A DNA stretch of 64,000 nucleotides from Nitrospirota bacterium (GCA_963663225.1 OY760142.1:768001-832000), one strand, 5' to 3'. Shown: positions 30,522 through 41,001, counted from the stretch's first letter. The notes: generated from the letters alone by a model not told the origin. Numbers and translations: made by a program.

Positions 30522-30546
30522 AGGGCGGCCTTTTGGCCGCCTTTTT
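30522..30546 (+). terminator. Intrinsic terminator after the second pilin
   Basis: GGCGGCC-TTTT-GGCCGCC followed by a T-run. Confidence 0.8.
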
Positions 30547-30601
30547 CTTTTTATGCTAATTTCTGCTTGTGGCTGTTTCTCTTTTCTTGTATAGTTTTAC
30601 C

Positions 30602-31684
30602 ATGCGCAAAAAAATAGCAAAAATAAAAAATATCGCAAACCTTCTTAAACCGGAAATACGCAGACTCAAGGCGTATTCCGTTGATGAATCCCCCGCCCGC
30701 CTTAAGATGGACGCCATGGAAAACCCATTTCCTTTGCCGGACGAAATCCGGCAGGAATTGGCAGAGGCCCTTAAATCCGAGCAGATCAACCGGTATCCCG
30801 ATCCTTCAGCAGCTCAACTGAAAATGTCACTTGCCGACTTATGGGGCATCGGGACGCAGCGCATGGTCCTGGGCAATGGGTCGGATGAGCTTATTCAGAT
30901 GATCGTTCTCGCCTTCGGCGGACCGGTGCTCGTCCCCGTGCCGACGTTTGCCATGTACGAAATCATTTCCAAAACACTTGCTCAAAGCGTTGTTGCCGTA
31001 CCGCTCAAAAAAGATTTCTCGCTTGATGCTGACAAAATGCTTAAAAAAACCCGCGATGTACGTGCAAAAGTGATCTTCCTCGCCTGTCCCAACAATCCGA
31101 CAGGGAACCGCTTTTCGGATGAAGCAATATTGAAAATACTGAACAAAGCAAATGCAATTGTGGTCATCGATGAAGCATACTTCAGTTTCAGCGGAAAGAC
31201 CTTTCTTCCCCTGCTGAGCAGTTATCCGAATATGATCATACTGCGCACCCTCTCAAAAATCGGGTTCGCAGGACTTCGGATCGGCGCGCTGACAACTTCG
31301 TCAAAACTCATCAACGAACTTGCTAAAATCAGGCTGCCATATAACATTAGCACTCTTTCACAGGCGGCTGCGGTCGTTGCGCTCAGGCATAAGAACACAC
31401 TGAACCGCCAGATTTCCCTGTTGATTTCAGCGCGAGAAAGGCTTTATAATGCCCTGTCGCAGATACACAGTATTACTGTTTATCCTTCAGAAGCAAATTT
31501 TATCCTCTTCAAAACCGGCACTGATGCTGCATATCTGTATGAAAAACTCAGGGAATCCGGGATCCTGATCAAAAACCTGAGCAGACCAGGCATTCTGAGT
31601 AATTGCCTGCGAGTAACAGTGGGCACTCCGGAAGAAAACAATGAATTTGTGGACACGGTCAAAAAGATTCTCAAGACCGTCTGA
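30602..31684 (+). CDS. hisC: Histidinol-phosphate aminotransferase
   Basis: NRYPD, GNGSDE, PNNPTG, DEAY and RTLSKIGFAGLRIG motifs. Confidence 0.96.
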   Translation: MRKKIAKIKNIANLLKPEIRRLKAYSVDESPARLKMDAMENPFPLPDEIRQELAEALKSEQINRYPDPSAAQLKMSLADLWGIGTQRMVLGNGSDELIQMIVLAFGGPVLVPVPTFAMYEIISKTLAQSVVAVPLKKDFSLDADKMLKKTRDVRAKVIFLACPNNPTGNRFSDEAILKILNKANAIVVIDEAYFSFSGKTFLPLLSSYPNMIILRTLSKIGFAGLRIGALTTSSKLINELAKIRLPYNISTLSQAAAVVALRHKNTLNRQISLLISARERLYNALSQIHSITVYPSEANFILFKTGTDAAYLYEKLRESGILIKNLSRPGILSNCLRVTVGTPEENNEFVDTVKKILKTV

Positions 31685-32369
31685 TGCACCCGATGACGTT
31701 TCAGGAGTTCAAAAAGAAAAGACACAATCGCCAAAAATGCACCTGGTTTGGTTTGCCGTTCATACTCGTTGCAGGATGGTTTTTCCCGGTGCTGGGATAC
31801 ATTGTTCCGGCAGGTGCAGCTGCGGCGCTTCTTATTGCGCCTTATAAAGGGCGGTATTGGTGCGACTGGCTCTGCCCGATGGGCAGTTTTTACGATCTTT
31901 ACCTGAATAAAATCAGCAAAAAAGGAACAGTACCTTCCTTTTTCAGAAAAAGACTTTTTAAAACAGCAACAGGTCTCATCGTACTCGGGGCGGCAAGCCT
32001 GCTTGTCTACGGTATGTGGGGCACCGTGAATGGTGCAGGACTCGCTCTGCTCACCATGCTGGCAGCGTCTGTGCTGCTCGGCGTGGCATTGGGAATACGG
32101 TATCATGCGCGGGGATGGTGCTCTCTTTGCCCGGTAGGAACTCTGGCCAATGCATGTTCGCTCAACAGGCATCATCTGCGGATTGATATATCCTGTCGAA
32201 GCTGCGGTGTGTGCGAACTGTATGCGGGATGATGGTATGCCCCATGCAATTAAACCCCGCACAATACCGCAGGTATGGTGAAATGCGGGATGATGACTGC
32301 ATACACTGCATGTGTTGTGCCTTCGTCTGCCCGCAAAAGGCGATTGCCCCCCGCAAACAACGGAGCTGA
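31684..32369 (+). pseudogene. 4Fe-4S binding membrane protein (NapH/YccM-like), frameshifted
   Basis: GRYWCDWLCPMG and WCSLCPVG motifs; the first frame stops at 32232 after CRSCGVCEL, and the continuation VCPMQL...[12 protein letters not shown] lies in another frame at 32235-32369. Confidence 0.8.
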
Positions 32370-32419
32370 TGCTGCATTGCTCGGAACTCAAAACCTTTCT
32401 TTTTCGAAAAGGAGACCGC

Positions 32420-33010
32420 ATGCCGAGAAAGGCGAAAATCGAACGAAGAACAAAGGAAACGCAGATAAAAATCGACCTGAACCTGGATGGCACCGGCATC
32501 TACAACATAAAAACATCGGTGCCGTTCATGGACCACATGTTCTCGCATGTAGCCAAACATGGCTTTTTCGATCTCACGGTAAAGGCAACGGGTGATACCG
32601 AAATCGACGACCATCACACGGTCGAGGACCTGGGCATTGCCTTCGGCCAAACCCTTAAAAAGGCCCTGGGCGACAGTAAAGGCATCAGGCGGTATGGAGA
32701 GGCAACGGTCCCCATGGATGAAACACTGGCCCAGGTGGTGATGGATTTATCAGGCAGGCCTTTTCTCGTGTACGAGGTGGAACTGCCGAAAAAATACAAG
32801 CTCAAAGAGTTTGATCCTGGACTCGCTGAGGATTTCTTTCAGTCTGTGGTGAATCATGCCGGAATGAATCTTCACATCCGCCTCCTGTACGGACGGGACG
32901 TACACCATATGCTCGAAGGAATCTTCAAGGCCTTCGGGCGCGCTCTTGACCAGGCAACGGCTCTCGATCCCCGGATCAAGGGCATTCTCTCGACAAAAGG
33001 AAAAATTTAA
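32420..33010 (+). CDS. hisB: Imidazoleglycerol-phosphate dehydratase
   Basis: [18 protein letters not shown] and HHMLE motifs; AAGGAG RBS. Confidence 0.97.
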   Translation: MPRKAKIERRTKETQIKIDLNLDGTGIYNIKTSVPFMDHMFSHVAKHGFFDLTVKATGDTEIDDHHTVEDLGIAFGQTLKKALGDSKGIRRYGEATVPMDETLAQVVMDLSGRPFLVYEVELPKKYKLKEFDPGLAEDFFQSVVNHAGMNLHIRLLYGRDVHHMLEGIFKAFGRALDQATALDPRIKGILSTKGKI

Positions 33011-33104
33011 GTTCTGCTTACCACGGAGACCGTATAGGAAAGAACGGAGTGTTTTCGTTGCGCCACTCGTCTGATACGCTTTTCGTGACGGAGACGTTTA
33101 TAGC

Positions 33105-33722
33105 ATGATAGCAATTATTGATTACGGCATGGGGAATTTGCGAAGCGTGCAAAAAGGATTTGAACGCGTGGGATGCGAAGCCCTGGTGACCAGGGATGCA
33201 AAAACCATCCTGAATGCCGACAAGGTTGTGCTGCCCGGAGTGGGCGCATTTCCCGATTGCATGAGAAATCTGGAACAATATGGACTCGTCGAACCGGTCC
33301 ACAAAACCATCAGCGCCGGAAAGCCCTTTCTCGGCATCTGCCTGGGCCTTCAGCTGCTCTTTACCGAAAGCGAGGAATTCGGACTGTCAAAAGGGCTGGG
33401 CATCATCAAAGGCAGAGTGATCCGTTTTCAGGGACCGGCATTCACGGACCTTAAGGTGCCGCACATGGGATGGAATTCCCTTTCCATCAAACGAAAGGCC
33501 CCGGCGCTTCAGGATGTTCCGGACAAGAGCAACGTGTATTTCGTCCATTCCTTTTACGTAGTACCGGAGGACCCGGACATTATTGCCACAACAACAACGT
33601 ATGGCGTAGAATTTGTTTCAAGCATCTGGAAAGACAATATCTATGCAACGCAGTTTCACCCGGAGAAAAGCCAGGCGCTGGGGCTGTCTATCCTGAAACA
33701 TTTCGGACTGCAAAAAAGCTGA
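33105..33722 (+). CDS. hisH: Imidazole glycerol phosphate synthase subunit HisH
   Basis: DYGMGNL, PGVG, GICLG and QFHPEKS motifs. Confidence 0.98.
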   Translation: MIAIIDYGMGNLRSVQKGFERVGCEALVTRDAKTILNADKVVLPGVGAFPDCMRNLEQYGLVEPVHKTISAGKPFLGICLGLQLLFTESEEFGLSKGLGIIKGRVIRFQGPAFTDLKVPHMGWNSLSIKRKAPALQDVPDKSNVYFVHSFYVVPEDPDIIATTTTYGVEFVSSIWKDNIYATQFHPEKSQALGLSILKHFGLQKS

Positions 33723-33796
33723 TTCAGTCCGCAGAGGTACGGAAGGCTCTTCACTGAACCATCCTCTGCATCAACCATCATACAAAGGACAACTCT

Positions 33797-34543
33797 ATGC
33801 TGATCATTCCGGCAATCGATTTAAAAGACGGTAAATGCGTCCGCCTCCAGCAGGGGCTCATGGACAAGGCGACAATTTATTCCGATGATCCCGCCGCCAC
33901 GGCGCACCACTGGGAATCACAGGGAGCTGAACTGCTGCATGTCGTGGACCTGGACGGCGCCTTTGCGGGTGTTTCCAGGAATCTCGCAGCCATCAAGGCA
34001 ATCCGGAGCGCCGTCACAATGACAATTGAAGTCGGCGGCGGAATTCGGGACATCGCCGCGATAGACACGCTGGCATCCATCGGGATCAACCGCATCATCC
34101 TCGGGACCGCCGCAATCGAGAACCCTGCGTTCGTCCGCGAAGCATGCAAAAAGTTTCCGGGAAAGATTATCGTCGGTATCGATGCAAAGGACGGTATGGT
34201 TGCGATCAAAGGCTGGGCCGAAGTGACCAGTATGCAGGCCGTGGATCTGGCGATGCAAATGCAGGAAGCCGGGGCCACTGCCATTATCTACACGGACATA
34301 AAGCGGGACGGGATGTTGTCCGGCCCGAACATCACGGCCACGAAAACTCTGGCGGACGCCCTGCATATCCCGGTCATCGCATCGGGCGGCGTGTCGACAA
34401 TGCAGGACATTCAGGATATCCTGGCCGCACGACACTCCGGAATCAGCGGCGTGATAACCGGCAAGGCGATTTATAACGGCTCCCTCAATTTGAGGGAAGC
34501 TATTACCTTTGTCAAGCTGAACGACAACCTCTGCGCAAGGTAA
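33797..34543 (+). CDS. hisA: ProFAR isomerase
   Basis: [22 protein letters not shown] and TDIKRDG motifs. Confidence 0.97.
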   Translation: MLIIPAIDLKDGKCVRLQQGLMDKATIYSDDPAATAHHWESQGAELLHVVDLDGAFAGVSRNLAAIKAIRSAVTMTIEVGGGIRDIAAIDTLASIGINRIILGTAAIENPAFVREACKKFPGKIIVGIDAKDGMVAIKGWAEVTSMQAVDLAMQMQEAGATAIIYTDIKRDGMLSGPNITATKTLADALHIPVIASGGVSTMQDIQDILAARHSGISGVITGKAIYNGSLNLREAITFVKLNDNLCAR

Positions 34544-34593
34544 CGATACGCTCTTTTTTCAACACTGATGTGAAAGGACAGCAGGACCTCGTT

Positions 34594-35448
34594 ATGTTAA
34601 CCAAAAGAATCATCCCGTGCCTCGACGTGAAGGCCGGACGAGTAGTCAAGGGCGTAAGCTTTCTGAATCTGCGCGACGCGGGCGATCCGGTGGAAATCGC
34701 CAAAATTTACGATGAACAAGGCGCGGATGAGCTGACGTTTCTGGACATTACCGCATCCCATGAAGAACGCGGCATTATTCTTGATGTCGTCCGCCGCACC
34801 GCGGAACAGGTCTTCATGCCACTTACGGTGGGCGGCGGCATAAAAACGATCGACGACATCAGAAATCTGCTGCTCGCCGGCTGCGATAAGGTTTCCATCA
34901 ATACCTCGGCGGTCCATGATCCGGAATTCATCAAAAACGCATCCCTGCGTTTTGGCAGCCAGTGCATTGTTGTTGCCATTGACGCGAAACGGGTGGTCGC
35001 GTATTCACAGGACTTCAAGCCTCCGCTCACCTGGGCAGGCGATCCGAAATATAAATCCCTTTTCCTCGGCCATTCCGAGCTTCCACGCCAATCCATGTTG
35101 CAATGGGAAGTCTATACTCACGGGGGCAGAAATCCGATGGGAATCGATGCGGTTGCGTGGGCAAAAAAGATGGAAGAGTACGGCGCGGGAGAAATTCTAC
35201 TCACCAGTATGGACCAGGACGGTCAGAAAACCGGCTATGATCTTGAACTGACGCGAACAATCGCTGAAGCAGTTTCCATTCCGGTCATAGCGTCCGGCGG
35301 CGTTGGGAACCTTGAACACATCTATGAAGGGTTTGCCAGGGGAAAAGCAGACGCGGCACTGGCAGCGTCCATCTTTCATTTCCGGGAATTCACCATCAGG
35401 CAGGCAAAAGAGTATTTGCAGGAGCGGGGCGTGCCGGTGAGGCTGTAA
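34594..35448 (+). CDS. hisF: Imidazole glycerol phosphate synthase subunit HisF
   Basis: [26 protein letters not shown] and ALAASIFH motifs. Confidence 0.98.
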   Translation: MLTKRIIPCLDVKAGRVVKGVSFLNLRDAGDPVEIAKIYDEQGADELTFLDITASHEERGIILDVVRRTAEQVFMPLTVGGGIKTIDDIRNLLLAGCDKVSINTSAVHDPEFIKNASLRFGSQCIVVAIDAKRVVAYSQDFKPPLTWAGDPKYKSLFLGHSELPRQSMLQWEVYTHGGRNPMGIDAVAWAKKMEEYGAGEILLTSMDQDGQKTGYDLELTRTIAEAVSIPVIASGGVGNLEHIYEGFARGKADAALAASIFHFREFTIRQAKEYLQERGVPVRL

Positions 35449-35503
35449 GGGCAGGCTGCTGAAGCAGGGTCACGCCATCTGGGACCGTTTGCGATGGTCA
35501 GGG

Positions 35504-35893
35504 TCAGAAATACTTTTCTCCAAGAAAGTGCAGCGTTGTCTTGATAAGCTCCGCCATGTTCACCGGCTTGGTCAGATAGCCGTTCGCGCCGAGTGACAGC
35601 CCCACATTCCGATCATTGCTCTCCCCCTTCGTCGTGATAATCACAATGGGAACATCACTCTTGAGCCTAGTGCGGACCTGCCGGATCAGTTCCGCGCCAT
35701 CCATTTCAGGCATGACCATGTCCGTCAGGACCAAGTCGAACCGATTGCTTTCAAGCTTCGCAAGCGCGTCCTGTCCATTCACCGCCTCGGTAGTCTTGAC
35801 GCCGAGCATCCGTCTCAGGTTTATCACGAGGAGCATTCGCATGATCGTGGAGTCATCCACGATCAGAACAGCTTTATCGCTCAGATTAAACAT
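35504..35893 (-). CDS. Single-domain CheY-like response regulator
   Basis: LIVDDS, LTDMVMPEMDG and YLTKP receiver motifs. Confidence 0.92.
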   Translation of the reverse strand: MFNLSDKAVLIVDDSTIMRMLLVINLRRMLGVKTTEAVNGQDALAKLESNRFDLVLTDMVMPEMDGAELIRQVRTRLKSDVPIVIITTKGESNDRNVGLSLGANGYLTKPVNMAELIKTTLHFLGEKYF

Positions 35894-35924
35894 AGAAAGC
35901 CTTCGTGGGTCGGAGGATTGCGAT

Positions 35925-35959
35925 AAAAATCAGAAGGCGGGATGGCCCACCCCGCCTTC
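35925..35959 (-). terminator. Intrinsic terminator after adk
   Basis: GAAGGCGGG..CCCGCCTTC stem followed by UGAUUUUU on the minus strand. Confidence 0.65.
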
Positions 35960-36053
35960 GTGATTTTCACGCCGAAGCAAAATTAGTGCCCGTTACCGGC
36001 CGATGTACACGCATCATGGATTCCCTCACGATTACAGTCCGGCTCCGTTTTGC

Positions 36054-36707
36054 CTACTGCCTCGCGGCAACGCCGTTCTGAATCGTTTTTGCGATTGTTT
36101 CCGTGTTCGTCTCTCGCACAGCCAGCAGCATGTTTTTTTTCTCATAGTACCCGATCAAGGGGGATGTCTTCTCATTGTAGACATCCAGACGCTTTGTAAT
36201 CGCTTCTACCGTTTCATCTGCGCGCTGAATCACCGGGCTGCCGCATTTCCGGCAGGTGTCGTTCGGTCCCGGAGGATTGCTTTTTACGTTATAAATTTCC
36301 TGGCACGAAGGATTCGAACAAGTCCTGCGTGTCGTCAGCCGGTCGAGGATCACTTCGCGCGGCACGTCAAGGTTTACCGCCAGATCGAGCCTGATGTTCA
36401 GTTTTTTCAGCAGAGCATCAAGCGCCTCCGCCTGTGGAATGGTTCTGGGAAATCCATCGAGCAGAAATCCCTTCTCTACGTCCTTTTCCCGAAGCCTCTG
36501 CTCCATAATTCCCATGATAAGCGAGTCAGGAACGAGGTCTCCCCGGTCAATATAACCTTGGGCTTCCTTGCCGAGCGGGGTCCCGGCCTTTACCGCACCA
36601 CGAAGAATATCTCCGGTAGATATCTGCACGGAACCGTCCAGTCTCGTCAAAACTTTTGCCACCGTACCTTTTCCTGCGCCCGGGGCGCCTAACAAAATAA
36701 TTCTCAT
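36054..36707 (-). CDS. adk: Adenylate kinase (Zn-lid type)
   Basis: GAPGAGKGT, STGDILR and LDGFPRT motifs; Cys-containing lid. Confidence 0.97.
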   Translation of the reverse strand: MRIILLGAPGAGKGTVAKVLTRLDGSVQISTGDILRGAVKAGTPLGKEAQGYIDRGDLVPDSLIMGIMEQRLREKDVEKGFLLDGFPRTIPQAEALDALLKKLNIRLDLAVNLDVPREVILDRLTTRRTCSNPSCQEIYNVKSNPPGPNDTCRKCGSPVIQRADETVEAITKRLDVYNEKTSPLIGYYEKKNMLLAVRETNTETIAKTIQNGVAARQ

Positions 36708-36852
36708 CCAACAGCCTCCTCACCTGCAAATGCAAAATATTTTTTTTATTATCATATGAACGGGAGGGGAAATCAAGAAAAAAGTCGCTGGAGAACGGAA
36801 CAAGAATTGTAGCGCTGGGACGGTATGCATCGGAAAAGCTTTTCTTTTTGTT

Positions 36853-37866
36853 TCACAGCAGCGGAAAATGACAGGCAACCTGGTGTGCATCAGTTATGTC
36901 GCGGAGTCGCGGTTCGCTTGCGGGATCCGCGCAGATTTCAGGCCTGCCCTTAGACTCATAAACCGGGCACCGGGGCGCGAACCGGCATCCGGTGAGTGGC
37001 CGTTCAAAATCGAACACACCCCAGTTTTTTCCCTGTGCCGGCGGGAAAGCACGGGTAGCTTCTTTGCTCTGTTTTTCAACAAGAGAAGACCACAGCACAC
37101 GCGTATACGGATGGCAGGGTTTGCCTGCGACGCGGCCGGTGAGGCCCATCTCCACGATCTTTCCCAGATACATGACCCCGACTTTGTGGCTGACAAGTTC
37201 GACCACGCGCAGATCGTGCGAAATGAACAGATAGGAAAGATGCAGCTGTTTCTGAAGGTCCCGAAGCAGATTGACAACCTGCGCCTGGATCGACACATCA
37301 AGAGCGCTCGTGGGTTCGTCGGCGACGATCATCCGCGCCCCCACGGACAGGACACGCGCAACTCCTACGCGCCGTTTTTCACCGCCGGAAAGCTCGTGCG
37401 GGAAATTCGAAAGCTTGCTCTTTTTTAGATTCACCTGCTCGAGCAGTTCACTGATGCGCCTGTCCAGTTCAGCACCGCCCGCCTGGTGATGAAGCGTAAT
37501 GGCTTCTTTCAGAATGTCGCGAATGCGCATCTTGGGATTCAGCGCCGCATCCAGGTCCTGAAAGATCATCTGCATTTGTCCCCGCAGTTGACGGACTTCT
37601 TCATGCGGCATCTGGGTGATATCCCTGCCGTCAAAAATGATACGGCCCGCCGTAGCCGGTGTGAGTCTCAGAATGGTCCTGCCGATCGTGGTTTTTCCAC
37701 AGCCGGACTCTCCTACAAGCCCCATTGTTTCATTTTCCTTAAGATAAAAGCTGACCCCGTCCACAGCAGGAATGGACGGCATATTTTCTTTCAGAACAGA
37801 AAAAAAGCCTTTATGATGGGCAAAATGCTTTTTCAGGTCGATGACTTCAAGAATTGTTTTTGTCAT
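36853..37866 (-). CDS. Oligopeptide/dipeptide ABC transporter ATPase (OppF-like)
   Basis: GESGCGKT, LSGGE, ADEPTSALD, HPYT and GCRFAPRC..VACH motifs. Confidence 0.93.
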   Translation of the reverse strand: MTKTILEVIDLKKHFAHHKGFFSVLKENMPSIPAVDGVSFYLKENETMGLVGESGCGKTTIGRTILRLTPATAGRIIFDGRDITQMPHEEVRQLRGQMQMIFQDLDAALNPKMRIRDILKEAITLHHQAGGAELDRRISELLEQVNLKKSKLSNFPHELSGGEKRRVGVARVLSVGARMIVADEPTSALDVSIQAQVVNLLRDLQKQLHLSYLFISHDLRVVELVSHKVGVMYLGKIVEMGLTGRVAGKPCHPYTRVLWSSLVEKQSKEATRAFPPAQGKNWGVFDFERPLTGCRFAPRCPVYESKGRPEICADPASEPRLRDITDAHQVACHFPLL

Positions 37867-37949
37867 GATATCGTCTTCCCGGATGAACAGCGCAGCATCT
37901 CAAGGAAAGAAATCACCTCTGCCTCTGCCAGCGCACGCCCCGATGTCGC

Positions 37950-39065
37950 TCAGCACGCGACTTCTTGAAAATACAACCAGCACCGTACCCGGTGACCGGG
38001 TGAGATTTCCCGCAGTTCCGGTTCGCTCATCATGCAACGTTCTTTGACCGAAGACGTCATGCGTGCGCACCGTCCATAGAACCGGCAGCCTTGCGGGATA
38101 TTGATGGTATCAAGAACATCGCCTTCAATCGCCTGCAGCCGCCCTTGTTCGCTCATATGCTCTCCGGAGGGAACGGAAGCGAGGAGCGCCTGAGTGTACG
38201 GATGCTTTGACGAAAATGAAGGGGCAAGCACGTCTCCGGCAGGACCGGACTCGACAACCGTCCCTCCATACATGACCGCAACGCTGTCTGAAAGCCGCGC
38301 AATAACGCTGATGTCATGGCTGATGAGCATGGTCGTTATTCCTAATTCCGCTTTGAGTTCCGCCAGCAGATCAACGATCTTGGACTGGATCGTGGCGTCC
38401 AGCCCTGTCGTGGGTTCGTCAGCAATCAATAGCGCCGGTTCGCAGGCAAGCGCCATGGCAATCATGGCACGCTGGCACATGCCTCCCGAAAGGCCAAAGG
38501 GATAGTTGTCAAAGCGGAGGCAGGGAGAGTCTATCTTCACCCGTTCAAGCCAGTACAGCGTCCGTTCCTTCGCTTCTTTTCCGTTTTTCAAGGCCGTGTG
38601 CAAAAGGATAGATTCCGCGATCTGCTTTCCTACCGGTGTGAATGGATTCAGCGAGGACTTGGGGTTCTGAAAAATCATGGCGATTTCCTTGCCGCGTATC
38701 ATGTGCATGGAACGCTCAACGTTCTTGTTCCACCCTCTGTGGTCCTTGCTCACGGTCATGATTTTGTCATTATTTTTCGTGAGCGTAACGTAGCCGGCAA
38801 GGTCCTGAAGCAGGTTCTTCCGGATGTCGCGAGCTTTGAAGCCGATCTTGCCGCTGATTACCCCCGGCCCCGCGCTGATCAAGCCCATGACGGACAGCGC
38901 TGTTATGCTCTTGCCGCTGCCGCTCTCTCCCACCACGCCGAGCGTTTCACCCGGGGCAATTTCCAAACTCACACCGTCTACGGACCTGACAAATGCCCTT
39001 TTGCTGCGCGAGTAAAAATAGGTGCGCAGGTCTTCTATTTTGAGAAGCGGAGAGGCGCTCGTCAT
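37950..39065 (-). CDS. Oligopeptide/dipeptide ABC transporter ATPase (OppD-like)
   Basis: GESGSGKS, LSGGMCQR, HPYT and GCRF..RC motifs; ATG overlaps the upstream stop codon. Confidence 0.93.
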   Translation of the reverse strand: MTSASPLLKIEDLRTYFYSRSKRAFVRSVDGVSLEIAPGETLGVVGESGSGKSITALSVMGLISAGPGVISGKIGFKARDIRKNLLQDLAGYVTLTKNNDKIMTVSKDHRGWNKNVERSMHMIRGKEIAMIFQNPKSSLNPFTPVGKQIAESILLHTALKNGKEAKERTLYWLERVKIDSPCLRFDNYPFGLSGGMCQRAMIAMALACEPALLIADEPTTGLDATIQSKIVDLLAELKAELGITTMLISHDISVIARLSDSVAVMYGGTVVESGPAGDVLAPSFSSKHPYTQALLASVPSGEHMSEQGRLQAIEGDVLDTINIPQGCRFYGRCARMTSSVKERCMMSEPELREISPGHRVRCWLYFQEVAC

Positions 39066-39958
39066 GTTCCCCTCTTTTTGCCCTCGAGCATGTTGTTCAA
39101 ACCGTCGCCGAGCAGATGAAATCCGAGAATGGTGAATAAAATCGCGAGCGCGGGGGCCGTGGAGGGCCAGAACTTCCCCTGCATAAAATAATTTGCTCCG
39201 GCCTGCACCATGTTCCCCCATGACGGTGCAGGCTCCTGCACGCCGAATCCGAGATAGCTGAGGGAGGTCTCCATTAAAATCGCCTCGCCCATGCCCAGGG
39301 TCGCCTGGATAATCAAAATCGTCCGGCAGTTATGCCATAGAATGTGTTTCAGAATAATTGTCCTAAGCGGCAGCCCCAGCGCGGTGTCGGCTTCGATAAA
39401 GTTTTTTTGTTTCAGAAAAAGGATTTTGCCTTTGACAAGCGATGCAACAACCGGCACGTTCGTAAGTCCTACCACGATCATGATGTAGTAAATGTTCGGT
39501 TTGAACGCCGCAATTACCAGCAGAATCAACACGAGACGGGGAAAAGAATCCACCAGATTGATGAAGTAGGTTATGATGGTGTCGACAGCTCCACGGCGAT
39601 ATCCTGCAAGCACGCCAAACACGGTACCGAGCAGCAGCGCGATAAAAACCGCAAGCAGGCCCGGCAGAAAATACGCCTGAATGCCCACGATCATGCGCGA
39701 AAGAATGTCGCGTCCCAAAAAATCCGTGCCCAGCACATGCCCCCCGACGCCCGGCGGCGCCATCATAAGGGCAAGATCAATGTCATTCGGATCATACGGC
39801 AGAAGATGAAGAGATCCCAGAACATAAGAACCCAGGACAACGATGATGATGAACAGGCCGTACGCTACGTATGCGAGGTCAACGGGCTCCGCTCTTTTCC
39901 AGAACGGCAGGTCCGAAAATTCGCTGATTTCGCCGGATATTTGGGAATATGTTTTCAT
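39062..39958 (-). CDS. ABC transporter permease (OppC-like)
   Basis: LGTDFLGRD and ETSLSYLGFGVQEPAPSWG motifs. Confidence 0.93.
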   Translation of the reverse strand: MKTYSQISGEISEFSDLPFWKRAEPVDLAYVAYGLFIIIVVLGSYVLGSLHLLPYDPNDIDLALMMAPPGVGGHVLGTDFLGRDILSRMIVGIQAYFLPGLLAVFIALLLGTVFGVLAGYRRGAVDTIITYFINLVDSFPRLVLILLVIAAFKPNIYYIMIVVGLTNVPVVASLVKGKILFLKQKNFIEADTALGLPLRTIILKHILWHNCRTILIIQATLGMGEAILMETSLSYLGFGVQEPAPSWGNMVQAGANYFMQGKFWPSTAPALAILFTILGFHLLGDGLNNMLEGKKRGT

Positions 39959-40035
39959 ACGAGTCAATTCTAGCTATTCAAAAAAAGTGTGCACTTTTTT
40001 TTACAGCCAGGTCATTTTTACAGGTATCCGGGTCG

Positions 40036-41001
40036 TCATTCTTTCGATGCCCGCGGATTTACCGCCACATAAACCAGCCGCTGAAACAAGCCTCCCAGAC
40101 GCACGAAAATGGCTGCCAGAATCGCAATGCCCATGATGACAGGATAGTCGCGGTCCTGTGCGGCCTGCCACGCCATTCTCCCCATGCCCGGCCAGTTAAA
40201 CACCTGTTCGACGATAACGGCACCGCCGAGAATAAAAGGAATTTTGGAAGCAATGATCTCGGTGACCGGAATAAGCAGGCCTTCCTTGAAAAAATGCTTC
40301 CATACCGCCGCGCCTTTTGCCTTGGCCGTGCGGAGGTAGTCTTCTGCCAGAACCCGTTCCATCTCAGCACGTAAAAAACGGATTACTTCGCTTATCGTGC
40401 CGTTGCCGACGCCGAGAACAAAAATCGGCAGCAGCAGATAAAGCCATTTGAAATGCTGCGGCGTACTCGAAAATCCGAAGGCAAGCGGAAACAGCCCCAG
40501 TTTGTGCATGAAAAAATAGATGACGATATACCCAAGCCAGAATACCGGAATTGCGGAAACAATATAGGCAGCCATCGTGAGGGGCCAGGAAATTTTTGTT
40601 GTTCCGCGCATGGCAGAGTAAACCGCAATGGGCGCTGCGATCAAGAGCGTAACGAGCAGGGAGCCGAGAGTAAGAACAAGCGTGTTCCATCCGACGCGCA
40701 GCACCTCGGAAAGCACCGGCAGGCCTGTCCGGATGGATGTTCCGAAATTGCCGTGCAGCATTTCCATGAACCAGGAAAAATACTGCGCATACCACGATTT
40801 CGGAACTCCTAACGCTTCACGCACACCCGCGCGCGCCTCCGCTGAGTAAAGCTGTCCTTCGAGGAGAAGACTAAACGGGTCTCCCGGAGAAAGATACAGA
40901 ATGATAAAAACCACAAAACTCACCCCAAGGAGCAGGACCGCTGTAATCGCCAGCTCTTTTGACAGCACAAGGGCTATAGGCCGGACCGCTGATAGCTTCA
41001 T
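40036..41001 (-). CDS. ABC transporter permease (OppB-like)
   Basis: PGDP, GNFGTS, YLRTAKAKG, EQVFNWPGMG and RDYP motifs. Confidence 0.93.
   Translation of the reverse strand: MKLSAVRPIALVLSKELAITAVLLLGVSFVVFIILYLSPGDPFSLLLEGQLYSAEARAGVREALGVPKSWYAQYFSWFMEMLHGNFGTSIRTGLPVLSEVLRVGWNTLVLTLGSLLVTLLIAAPIAVYSAMRGTTKISWPLTMAAYIVSAIPVFWLGYIVIYFFMHKLGLFPLAFGFSSTPQHFKWLYLLLPIFVLGVGNGTISEVIRFLRAEMERVLAEDYLRTAKAKGAAVWKHFFKEGLLIPVTEIIASKIPFILGGAVIVEQVFNWPGMGRMAWQAAQDRDYPVIMGIAILAAIFVRLGGLFQRLVYVAVNPRASKE

Noticed and set aside
32230-32232. TGA in the 4Fe-4S gene as possible selenocysteine or read-through
   Set aside because: The missing Cys motifs are in a different frame, so read-through would not restore them.
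35894-36053. Possible riboswitch upstream of the CheY-like gene
   Set aside because: Only a simple terminator hairpin is visible; no aptamer consensus.
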